From Candidatus Atabeyarchaeum deiterrae (GTDB taxonomy: Archaea; Asgardarchaeota; Atabeyarchaeia; Atabeyarchaeales; Atabeyarchaeaceae): a DNA stretch of 64,000 nucleotides. Under the pieces are notes generated by a model. It ran no database searches and was not told where the DNA came from. It saw only the letters and a program-made list of their open reading frames with translations. This document shows positions 20,177-28,689 of this stretch, piece after piece. Positions within the stretch are counted from its first letter, which is position 1. Each line of letters opens with the position of its first letter. The stretch is from positions 2,400,001-2,464,000 of the forward strand of contig CP147780.1 in NCBI GenBank assembly GCA_037310415.1, read 5' to 3'. Made by a program: the position numbers and the translations under genes.

Positions 20177-20470
20177 ATGTCTAAGAAAGTTGGTTTCCCA
20201 GTAATGTCAACAATGATCACGGGTTTGCTCTTTATCCTAGGATTGCTACTGACTACACTCGGAATAGTCCTAGCCGCATTGGGATTGTCTACGCTCATCC
20301 TTGGTGTTCTTTGGTTCATCGGTCTGCTGCTCTTCGGTTGGGCACTCCTAAGCTTCGGCCTCAACCCTGAGCTTGAAGACTACCAGAGAAACATAGCGTT
20401 CTTCTTTGCAGTGCTATTAGTGACATTACTCTTCGGAGTCGGCATTAGCATCTCGTTCGGTTGGATGTAA
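20177..20470 (+). CDS. Small 3-TM membrane protein, paralog B'
   Basis: Starts MSKKVGFPVMS; contains FIGLLLFGWALLSF...QRNIAFFFA; GGAGGT ribosome-binding site. Confidence 0.85.
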   Translation: MSKKVGFPVMSTMITGLLFILGLLLTTLGIVLAALGLSTLILGVLWFIGLLLFGWALLSFGLNPELEDYQRNIAFFFAVLLVTLLFGVGISISFGWM

Positions 20471-20520
20471 GCGTCTAACCATTTACTGGGGATATAGTAT
20501 AGGCCATACCTCAGAACTCT

Positions 20521-20533
20521 CCCCCTTTTTTTT
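20521..20533 (+). terminator. Archaeal oligo-T terminator
   Basis: CCCCC followed by T8, 50 bp after the last gene of the operon. Confidence 0.6.
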
Positions 20534-20652
20534 GGATACTCTTATGTCGGAGAGTCGAAACAATGTACCTGAGAAATATGAGTGGCCTCTGCCAATCTGT
20601 AATACAAAGAAAAGACTTACAGTCTGCGTTTGGGTCCCTGTTTGTCTCCTGT

Positions 20653-21912
20653 TCATCGTATGTATGGTGAGCCTTTTTCAATTGTGTTGTTCAACATCGC
20701 GCTGATCTGTTTGGGCACCGTCTTGTTGTTAATGAGTAAGCTTCGCGTCTTTCTGATCAGCTTCGGGGTGTCTATTTCCATGGGGCAGACTTCTTTGCAT
20801 CTTCCACATTGGGTACAGCTAAAGGCTTGCGTTGCCACCGAGTCGAGGCCCAAGGTAAAGAGCGTCCAAGGAACCCCTAATCCACCCATATAGGTGAATT
20901 CTCCATAATCATGGGCGACCAAGTTCCATACCGGGCAATCGTACAGACACGTACCACACCTTAGGCATGTGAAGGCTTCCTTGAAGTCAGCATCTTGAGC
21001 CATTTTTCTCCTTCCGTTGTCAAGCAGGATTACGTCTATCTCGGCTGGTCCAGCTGCAGGTTTCACTGAGAGCCTTTCTATATCCGAGCTGCTAGATATT
21101 CCCATTATCTGAGTTATGTACTGAGTAGTTGCATGACCCGTTGTGTAGAGTGGCATAACCTGACAGTAGAGATTAGCCGTGTCACGATCTGGCATGACCT
21201 TGTCTATGCCTGCTATAATGATGTGTTTCTCAGGCAACGATGTGACTAACCGATCATTGCCCTCGTTCGTTACCAAGTAGACGGTTCCAGTATCAGCTGT
21301 GATTGCATTCGCGCCTGAGACAGCAACTTTGGACTTGATAGATTTCTCCCGGATGAAATCTCTTACGAAGGCAACTAAGACGTTGGGATCTGGCGGCAGT
21401 TTTCTTCCTGCAAGCTTGCTGAAGTACTCCGCGAACACTTCTTTCGGAACTGAGATAGAGACTCCAGTCGGATGAGCCGCCTTTCTGTGTGCAACTTGCA
21501 GCAGCACTGCGCCCACATCGGTTTCCCAAATCTCTATTCCGTGTTCTTCGAGGAACTCGTTCAAACCTATTTCTTCGGTTGTTAGACTCTTAACTTTTGT
21601 TACAAGTTTCTCATTGCCGATAAGCTCGAGTGTCTTGCTGCAGGCTTCATGTGCGTCCTTTGCTTGGTAGACTTTCATTCCATTTTCTTGCATGATCTCG
21701 ACGGCTTTCTTGATATTCTCTTCGAGATGGTCGAGCGCTTCTCTTCTTCGGTTCTTCAGCTCCTTTGCCAAGTCTTGGATGTTTGTCACACGTTTAAGCC
21801 ATGTTTCTTTCCTAACTCTGTAGTTGGTTATCGCTTTCTCGACAGCGGTCCGAAGGAACGGGTCGTTCGCATCCTTAAGCAACTTCTGATAATATGAATC
21901 GAAATCAGCCAT
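20653..21912 (-). CDS. LutB/LldF-like protein (LUD domain plus 4Fe-4S dicluster)
   Basis: KVKSLTTEEIGLN, ETDVG, VTNEGN, LLDNGRR, CLRCGTCLYDCP, CTQCGRCKEVCP. Confidence 0.88.
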   Translation of the reverse strand: MADFDSYYQKLLKDANDPFLRTAVEKAITNYRVRKETWLKRVTNIQDLAKELKNRRREALDHLEENIKKAVEIMQENGMKVYQAKDAHEACSKTLELIGNEKLVTKVKSLTTEEIGLNEFLEEHGIEIWETDVGAVLLQVAHRKAAHPTGVSISVPKEVFAEYFSKLAGRKLPPDPNVLVAFVRDFIREKSIKSKVAVSGANAITADTGTVYLVTNEGNDRLVTSLPEKHIIIAGIDKVMPDRDTANLYCQVMPLYTTGHATTQYITQIMGISSSSDIERLSVKPAAGPAEIDVILLDNGRRKMAQDADFKEAFTCLRCGTCLYDCPVWNLVAHDYGEFTYMGGLGVPWTLFTLGLDSVATQAFSCTQCGRCKEVCPMEIDTPKLIRKTRSLLINNKTVPKQISAMLNNTIEKGSPYIR

Positions 21913-21953
21913 TGACCTTTCTTCCTCCTTATGCAGTCAAGTCCCTCGCTTCC

Positions 21954-22703
21954 TTACCACTCTTCTTCTCCTGTCAGTCTCCTGTAGATATAGGTACTAA
22001 GATCAAGAACCTGAATCTCCTTGCCAGTCTCTGCCTCTCTTCGAGATGCGCCCACTGTTAAGTTGAACACACATGATGGGCAGGCAGTTATGAGTTTGCT
22101 CACGCCTAGGGGTTCAATATCCTTCCGAATCCTGTTTTCAGCCATCTTCACAGAGAATTCTGGTTCGATCGCAAACATCGCGCCACCAGCTCCACAACAC
22201 CTTGATTCGACTCTAGTTGCCTGGGGCTCGACTAGTTCTGCCACTCTTGCTATTACTTTCCTGGGTGCTTCATATTCTCCAGCGAGTCTCCCCAATTCAC
22301 ATGGGTCATGATACGATACTTTCTCCTTCGTCGTGTCCTTGAAGTCCAGCTTCTCTATGTTCTCTGCCAAGATCTGGGACATGTGCTGCACTTTCGGTAT
22401 TCTTAGCCCGAGTTCAGGGTATTCTAGTGCAAGGACTCTATAACAACCAGCACATTCGGTTGCGATGAGATCAACCTTAGCCGAATTGAAGGCCTGAGTA
22501 TTCTTCCTAGCGATTTTCAGTGCATTCTCTTTGTCACCCGTCAGTAGTAGCGGGTCGCCGCAGCACCATTCGTTCTCAAGCCTCTTCACACTTAGACCTA
22601 TTCTTTTCAGTAGTTCTACGTGTTTGCCAATATCTTCGGAGAAACGGGCTCTAGCGGTGCAACCAGCGAAGTATAAGACAGTCTTAGGCATTTGCGAAGG
22701 CAC
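21954..22703 (-). CDS. Fe-S oxidoreductase with two CCG domains (LutA/GlcF/HdrD-like)
   Basis: YFAGC, EWCCG, ECAGC, YHDPCELGR, CCGAGG, TACPSC. Confidence 0.88.
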   Translation of the reverse strand: MPSQMPKTVLYFAGCTARARFSEDIGKHVELLKRIGLSVKRLENEWCCGDPLLLTGDKENALKIARKNTQAFNSAKVDLIATECAGCYRVLALEYPELGLRIPKVQHMSQILAENIEKLDFKDTTKEKVSYHDPCELGRLAGEYEAPRKVIARVAELVEPQATRVESRCCGAGGAMFAIEPEFSVKMAENRIRKDIEPLGVSKLITACPSCVFNLTVGASRREAETGKEIQVLDLSTYIYRRLTGEEEW

Positions 22704-22985
22704 CTTCCATCAACATGATGAATCAGAGTTTGCTCCTATCAGATGAGCGGTCTTTATGGGGTTTATTCTTCCCACTTTAATACTTAACTGAGCCTATCTC
22801 TCGTCTGCAATATGAATCGTTAGGTGTTTGGGCTATCTGTTACAGCGACCCAATTTCCTAAGTAAATCTTGCACTAGGACTTGCCGAGGCGCGTCGGACA
22901 CTGAGGGCCATTCTCCCTTCTCTGACGCCACGTCGGTTTACTGACGCACCTGTCGAAAAATCGGAGGTTGGGAGATTTGGTCAAC

Positions 22986-23043
22986 TCTGGCTAAGTTTTC
23001 GGAACGAAAACTCATGTTGTTTTTCGTTTTCATTCCTTCCAAA
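22986..23043 (-). promoter_or_regulatory. Candidate eukaryote-like SECIS element in the 3' UTR
   Basis: Minus strand reads UUUGG-AAGGA-AUGA-A-AACGAAAA-ACAACAUGAG-UUUUCGUU-CC-GA-AAACUUAG-CCAGA. This gives an AUGA/GA core, an 8-bp upper stem and an A-containing apical loop. The AUGA begins 13 nt after the stop of a TGA-containing ORF. Confidence 0.65.
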
Positions 23044-23046
23044 CCT

Positions 23047-23505
23047 CTATTCTTTTATTGTTCTGAGTACATCGAATATTTCCTCGTTCTTGGGAATATC
23101 TCTCATTGAATCTCCGTAATGCGCGTAACGGATGATTCCTTTCTTGTCTACTACCAGCAGAGCTGGCATCCTCCCGAACTTGTGGAGAATAACCTCTTGA
23201 TGCAGCATGTTTGCAACCTTCTTGCTTTCATCATAGTATATTGGGTACCTTCCTTTCGCGTACTTCTCCTCTAGCTTCTTGGCATTCTCTAGTTTGTCAG
23301 CGGTAATAGGGTATAGCAGCGCTTCAAGCTGCTCAAATCCACTGAACCCGCTTGCGAGACCGGCGATGTGTCCTCTGCAGTATGGTCAGTTTATGCCTCT
23401 TAGTAGGACAATGACAACGTTTTTCTTTCCCTCGAAGTCCCTAATGTTGACTGTTTCTCCTCTTGAGTTCGGGAGGCTAAACTCTGGGATCTTTGTTCTT
23501 ACCAT
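23047..23505 (-). CDS. Peroxiredoxin-like (AhpC/TSA-redoxin fold) selenoprotein with UxxC motif
   Basis: MVRTKIPEFSLPNSRGETVNIRDFEGKKNVVIVLLRGIN-[TGA 23388-23386]-PYCRGH...MPALLVVDKKGIIRYAHYGDSMRDIPKNEEIF. The single in-frame TGA falls exactly at the first Cys of the CxxC motif and the frame is otherwise intact (152 aa). Absent from the ORF track. Confidence 0.88.
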
Positions 23506-23653
23506 CTGGAACTTGTCGTTCGTTTTGCAGGTGCCTCCTCTTGTTGCTAAGTGGTTAACATAGTATCCTCTTCAACTTATATTCGTAGCCATCGTAACGC
23601 CAGCGCACATTCTCAGAGGCACCCTTTAATCAAGGGCTGGCGCGATTCGAGTT

Positions 23654-24343
23654 CTAGATAGGATTACTCTTTGAGATTATGGACTCAACCTCGTACCAAT
23701 CCCTGGCTATAGGAACCCTGACTTTCGAAGTGATTTCCCTTGCAACTTGAGGAGACAATGCGATGCCAATGACCATAGGAATGAAATCGGCCATTACCTT
23801 AAGATCGCTCGGCTCATCATCGATTCCTACTGCAAGTTCGTGAACCTTGCCAAGTTCCTCAAGGGCGCCTCGTTTGTATTTCGCCGTAGACATCATCCTG
23901 TCAGGCTTCATGCAGAGCAGCACTTCGCGGTCATTTGGCATTGGAAAACCAAATTTCGACAAAGACGCGAGGGTCTCACTCCTCAAGGAATCTCTCTTTG
24001 AGTGATGCCTTCCTGTCAAATATGTGATGCCAATATTCATAGAACGCAGCCTGGAAAGGACCGCAACAGATCCCTTGACAGGGGTGTCGAGATCCATGTA
24101 TTTGCCAGACAAGAATACGTCGTAGAACTTACTTCGTTGAACCCTTGAAAGGTCACTGACTTCAGAGACCCTCGGAGCAGCATCCGTACTGCAATTCAAG
24201 GCTTCGGCGATGGATCGGTTGAATCTGACTCGACTGTCAATTACGGTGTTGTCCAAGTCGCTAACAAGAAACCATCTTTCGGAGGCCTTTGTGGATACTT
24301 TGCTTTCGCCTTGGTGCATAAACAAGTAACCAGCCTCCTGCAA
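23654..24343 (-). CDS. HAD-superfamily phosphatase-like protein
   Basis: SDLDNTV, YLTGR, K, GIDDEPSD. Confidence 0.8.
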   Translation of the reverse strand: MQEAGYLFMHQGESKVSTKASERWFLVSDLDNTVIDSRVRFNRSIAEALNCSTDAAPRVSEVSDLSRVQRSKFYDVFLSGKYMDLDTPVKGSVAVLSRLRSMNIGITYLTGRHHSKRDSLRSETLASLSKFGFPMPNDREVLLCMKPDRMMSTAKYKRGALEELGKVHELAVGIDDEPSDLKVMADFIPMVIGIALSPQVAREITSKVRVPIARDWYEVESIISKSNPI

Positions 24344-24502
24344 TGGGAATGGTTAGAAGTCGAGATAAGCATTTATTAGTTCTCAATCCTCGACCATCGA
24401 TGGAATAAGATAAAAGATGGGAACTCTATATAATCAAATATCTATCGGAGTCATTCTTACTGGCTATTTGAATGCAGGCATAGGTAGGAGAAGTTCGACC
24501 AA

Positions 24503-25042
24503 ATGAATACCAAAAAGAATGGCGCTGATGCAGAGTACATGTTCAAGATTATCCTTGTTGGAGATGGCGCCGTCGGCAAATCCTCATTGATCCGCAAATA
24601 CATGGAAGGAAAATTCGAATCAGACTACTTGCCAACAATCGGTTCGCAGATCTACACAAAAACATTATCGAATAGAACCCATAGAAAGGTCAAACTCGTG
24701 GTGTGGGACATTTCTGGGCAACCAGTATTTGGTATAGTGCGACCAGACTACTACAAGGGGGCCACAGGAGTCCTCCTCGTGTTTGACCTGACGAGACCAG
24801 AAACTTACAGTCATCTCGATGGCTGGGTTGAAGAAATACGCAAAAACACTTCGAAACCTGAGATCATTGTCATTGGAAACAAATCAGATCTTGAGGTCGA
24901 CCGCAAAGTTTCACGGAAATCTGGCGAGGCGTATGCTTCCAAGGTCAATGGCTCCTATCTCGAGACGTCAGCGAAAGGTGGAAACAACGTAGAAAAGACC
25001 TTCAGTGATCTTGCAGACAGACTTGTGGAAAACATTCATTAG
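24503..25042 (+). CDS. Rab-like small GTPase
   Basis: G1 GDGAVGKS, G2 PTIG, G3 WDISGQ, G4 GNKSD, G5 ETSAK. No C-terminal prenylation cysteine. Confidence 0.95.
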   Translation: MNTKKNGADAEYMFKIILVGDGAVGKSSLIRKYMEGKFESDYLPTIGSQIYTKTLSNRTHRKVKLVVWDISGQPVFGIVRPDYYKGATGVLLVFDLTRPETYSHLDGWVEEIRKNTSKPEIIVIGNKSDLEVDRKVSRKSGEAYASKVNGSYLETSAKGGNNVEKTFSDLADRLVENIH

Positions 25043-25153
25043 CCCGGCGCAAAAAGGATTTCCAGAAGGAGAATCTAGAGGGTGTTCTTTGCATTGTTTA
25101 CTGACATAAGATGTGTTCATGCACGACCTTGAGCAGGCTCAGAACTTCTCAGA

Positions 25154-25819
25154 TTGACTGCGAATATAGGATTAACCGTAGGAGACGAAACCAAGTTGGC
25201 AGGAATTGGCACGTGGTTGAACTCAGCGTTTGGAGAGAAACTCAAAAGAGAATACGCGGAAAGGAAATCTGAGTTAATATGCAAGTTCCTACGGAAAGAT
25301 GACAGGATTCTTGATGTTGGATGTGGTAACCCTGAAACGACAGACGATCATTGCACCAAGGTATTGATGAAGTATCCCAATTACTTCGGCTGCGACCTCA
25401 ATCCACCAGTTGGAGAGAAGTTTTTCAAGGCAAATCTCGAGAAGGATGACCTCAGCAAGCTCGGGAAGTTTGACATAGTTCTGTGTCTAGATGTTCTGGA
25501 GCACTTCAGGGAACCAAGAAAACTGGCTAGGAAGTTGATTGCCTTATCCAGACGTGAGATTATTGTAGTGACCCCCGTAATAAGTCATAAGACAATGAGA
25601 AGATTCATGAACTCTGTTAGAGGACTGCTTGGTAGACAAGTGTTTTCAGGTCATTATTGGGATTTCTTTGCGGGCGAAGTTATTGATGTTTTCCGCGAGA
25701 TGAAAGTGAGGAACATCTATTATGGATGGTTGCCCATCAGGTTCGTCAGCAAACTACTTTTCAAGGTAGGGATAGTCAGGGCTGGCATCTTTGTTTTCGA
25801 GAAGATGGATTCGACCTAA
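25154..25819 (+). CDS. Class I SAM-dependent methyltransferase
   Basis: ILDVGCG, FDIVLCLDVLEHF. Confidence 0.88.
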   Translation: MTANIGLTVGDETKLAGIGTWLNSAFGEKLKREYAERKSELICKFLRKDDRILDVGCGNPETTDDHCTKVLMKYPNYFGCDLNPPVGEKFFKANLEKDDLSKLGKFDIVLCLDVLEHFREPRKLARKLIALSRREIIVVTPVISHKTMRRFMNSVRGLLGRQVFSGHYWDFFAGEVIDVFREMKVRNIYYGWLPIRFVSKLLFKVGIVRAGIFVFEKMDST

Positions 25820-25943
25820 TTGGATAGTATGAACCTGCGCAAGCGAACAGGCTTCGCGTTGCTGCGACAACTAAAGAAAATGAAAGAATGTTACGATCTG
25901 AAGTGGCAGGGGTTTCTGGTGGACAAGCGATCTGATCAGTCAA

Positions 25944-27095
25944 TCACTTGAGAAGGTATCCTTGCAGCAGACTCTTTGCCTTCTCTCGTTTTTTCTGATG
26001 CTCAGCAAGAAACTTGATTACTCTCTCTGCCAATAGCACCTTGCACTCGCCGCAGAGTATCTCTCCACCTCTGCACTTGACATTGAGTTCCTCCATTTTC
26101 CTGTCGTCCTCTTCGAAAAGGAAGTAGAAGTACTGATGCACTGGGCAGATATCTGGATTTCCTCCCAATTTCTTCTGCTCTGCAACCGTCGGTCGCCCAC
26201 CTGTGAACGCATTCATGATCTTCTTCCTTGCTTCGATAGCAGTGTCGGTAGTATAGATGGCTGTCTCAGGAACGGAAGCAGACATCTTGCCAGATTGCTG
26301 CAAAGACGGAACGAATTTGCAGTGCATTTGTGCGGGCTTATAATACCCTAATCTAGGGGCAGCATCCCGCGCTATTCTCCAGTGAGGATCTTGGTCAATG
26401 CCTGCCGGGATGAGACACGGGACCTTCTTCCCACTGATAGAAGACTCGATGAAGCAAGGGGCTGACTGAACGGCAGTGTAGAATATGATCCCGATATTTG
26501 ACTCTTCCTTGAATCCGAAGACGGCCTTGGCTGTTGAGAAGGTTGTCAATTTGGCCACTTTCAAAGCCAGGTCGTAAAGCGCGCCGATATCTTTGGTGTC
26601 GACAATGATCTTCGTCGTGGCTTGCTGGAACCCAATGGCTATGACATCAAGAGCATTGTCATAGGCGTAGTTCCTAGAGCTATCGAGAGTCAAGTCTCGC
26701 CTGTGGAGAAACTTTTCATCATCTGTTAGCTGGAAATACAGTTTGACCTTGAATGCGTCTTGAAGATATTTTGTGAATATCCATGGGAGCAGGTGTCCGA
26801 TGTGGGTGTGACCTGATGGCCCTCTGCCCGTGTATAGTACAAAGGTCTCTCCTTTGTCGTATAGGTCTAGGAGATCACCCAAGTCCCTGTGTGAGAAGAA
26901 GATCTTACGTCGAAGCTGAAGGTGTCGGTAGCCAGCCACCTTCTCGATCCTCTTGATAAGGTTCTCAGTTAGAGGATGCGTGCCAAACTCTTTTATGAGT
27001 TTTTCGTAATCCACCTTGCCTGTGACTTCCCATGGCGTTACAACCATTTCTTCTTCGTTATTGACCATTGGATTGCAGTGACCCCTGCCAAGCAC
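25944..27095 (-). CDS. trpS: Tryptophanyl-tRNA synthetase (archaeal/eukaryotic type)
   Basis: VTPWEV, LYTGRGPS..HIGH, TDDEKF, IDQDPHWR, KMSAS. True start is probably a few codons downstream (MVNN). Confidence 0.97.
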   Translation of the reverse strand: MLGRGHCNPMVNNEEEMVVTPWEVTGKVDYEKLIKEFGTHPLTENLIKRIEKVAGYRHLQLRRKIFFSHRDLGDLLDLYDKGETFVLYTGRGPSGHTHIGHLLPWIFTKYLQDAFKVKLYFQLTDDEKFLHRRDLTLDSSRNYAYDNALDVIAIGFQQATTKIIVDTKDIGALYDLALKVAKLTTFSTAKAVFGFKEESNIGIIFYTAVQSAPCFIESSISGKKVPCLIPAGIDQDPHWRIARDAAPRLGYYKPAQMHCKFVPSLQQSGKMSASVPETAIYTTDTAIEARKKIMNAFTGGRPTVAEQKKLGGNPDICPVHQYFYFLFEEDDRKMEELNVKCRGGEILCGECKVLLAERVIKFLAEHQKKREKAKSLLQGYLLK

Positions 27096-27401
27096 TCAAG
27101 GCGATTCGTTTTCAGTACAGTTGAAGTTGTCTTGTATTTAAGTTTTCGACCGATACTGAGGAAGTGGTATTCATACATTCGATAAAGAACAAATGCTCCC
27201 CTTAGTTCGCAAGAACACCTGAAACGACACATCTTTGCGTATTATGATTTTATAAGTGAAATAGTTCACTTAGATACTAGGGGATGTTGATGCCGTTTCA
27301 TTTGGCTGGAAGTGTTTTGAGTTGGCACCCATCTAATCTAGATGGTCTTTATTCCCTGAGAGAGGCTGATCGAAAGTTCGAATAAGAAAGCGCTATTCGA
27401 T

Positions 27402-28445
27402 ATGTTAGGGCTGGTTGAGATGAGTAAGAAGCAGGACAATCCGGGCTCAGGCAAGAAGAAGGACAAGGAAATAGATGACTTGGATGAGGCTGACGTAGTA
27501 GAGATCCTAAAATCCTTCAGCCCAGAAGAGGTTGAGCGCATGCAGGAGAAAAAGGAAGTTCACAAGGTCGCAGAGAAGCCTCAGCAACCTGCTCAAGTTA
27601 AACAACCACCACCCGCAGAGAAGAAACCCCAGCAGCCTACAGAAGTGAAACTGCAACCAGCCGCAGAAGCAAAACAACAACCTACGCCACCTAAACAGCA
27701 ACCAGCCATGGAGAAGAAGGAAGAAGAATCTTTGGAGAGGCTCGTAAGGAAGATTGATGAGACTTACGGGAATCTTGACGAACTGTCAACCGGAATTATA
27801 CACTTAAACAGTGACCTCAAAAACAGAATAGAATCTCTCATTTCGGAGATAGACAAACTTACCAATTATCTCAAGAGCACCTCAGGATACTTGCAGAGTA
27901 CTCTCCCGACGTTCCTAGGTGAACAAAGAGATCAACGCGGAGCTGGTCCTGTGACGCCTCCACCGCAACAGCAAGCTCCACCCCCACAGGGTTATCCTCC
28001 ACAACAGTACGGATACCAATCACCTCCGCCTTCCCAACAGCAGCAGTATCCTCCGAGACCACAGCCGGGCTATTACCAGCAGCAACAACCTCAGCAGAGC
28101 TACCAGCAGCAACAACCTCAGCAAGGTTACTACCAACAACAGCCTCAGGCGCCACCTTCTCTTGGAGTGACACCTGAAGATGCAATAGCAAAGGGTGTCG
28201 AAAGCCTCAAAGGAAGCATTTTCGATGATGTAGTCGCAGCTTTGGGTCAAGTTGCTTCTATAGTCTTCAGCAGGCTTCTCGATGCGCGGGAGAAAATCCT
28301 CCGTATAGATCCTACTTTTCCTGTTCAGGAGTTCGAACCTATCCTCAGCGAGATGAGGGCGAATCCACGTATGAAACTCTCACAGGTGGACAAGAGAAAA
28401 ATCGTTGAGAGAATGGTCTATTGGGTTGGCCGTCTGCCTCGATAG
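27402..28445 (+). CDS. Hypothetical protein with coiled coil and Q/P/Y-rich low-complexity regions
   Basis: K/Q/P repeats, a ~60-aa heptad segment, a PPQQQ/GYYQQQ tract and a helical C-terminal domain. Confidence 0.85.
   Translation: MLGLVEMSKKQDNPGSGKKKDKEIDDLDEADVVEILKSFSPEEVERMQEKKEVHKVAEKPQQPAQVKQPPPAEKKPQQPTEVKLQPAAEAKQQPTPPKQQPAMEKKEEESLERLVRKIDETYGNLDELSTGIIHLNSDLKNRIESLISEIDKLTNYLKSTSGYLQSTLPTFLGEQRDQRGAGPVTPPPQQQAPPPQGYPPQQYGYQSPPPSQQQQYPPRPQPGYYQQQQPQQSYQQQQPQQGYYQQQPQAPPSLGVTPEDAIAKGVESLKGSIFDDVVAALGQVASIVFSRLLDAREKILRIDPTFPVQEFEPILSEMRANPRMKLSQVDKRKIVERMVYWVGRLPR
28074..28148 (+). repeat. Coding tandem repeat (~27-bp unit) encoding YQQQQPQQ
   Basis: TACCAGCAGCAACAACCTCAGCA at 28074 and 28101, with a degenerate third copy at 28131. 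Confidence 0.85.
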
Positions 28446-28689
28446 GCTAGAGATCCGCAAGGCGCAAAGGTGTGCCTCTAATCATATTATTCATTCGGCA
28501 GCAATCTGGGTACGGCTTCAACCTTGATAAACAATATTGCTAGTTAGAAACGGTTTTTTGTTCCAGACCTGGAACTGAGCAAAGTGTTGAGAACCAAGGG
28601 CGTAACGTAACAGAAATAGGATAACAGCGCTAGTTAAAGTGGTCGAGTTGTACCTAGTCCAGTTAGTCAAAGTTGCGGAAGGTGCTTGA

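Noticed and set aside
19120-20470. Four-gene array as a provirus or a CRISPR-like repeat
   Set aside because: No integrase, replication or packaging genes and no att repeats nearby; the repeats are protein-coding paralogs, not repeat-spacer units.
22870-22975. GC-rich segment with a GCGTCGGA/TCTGACGC stem and a repeated CTGACGC, as an ncRNA or second SECIS
   Set aside because: No AUGA/GA core or known RNA motif; the pairing is short enough to be chance.
23279-23563. 94-aa plus-strand ORF
   Set aside because: Antisense shadow of the selenoprotein gene.
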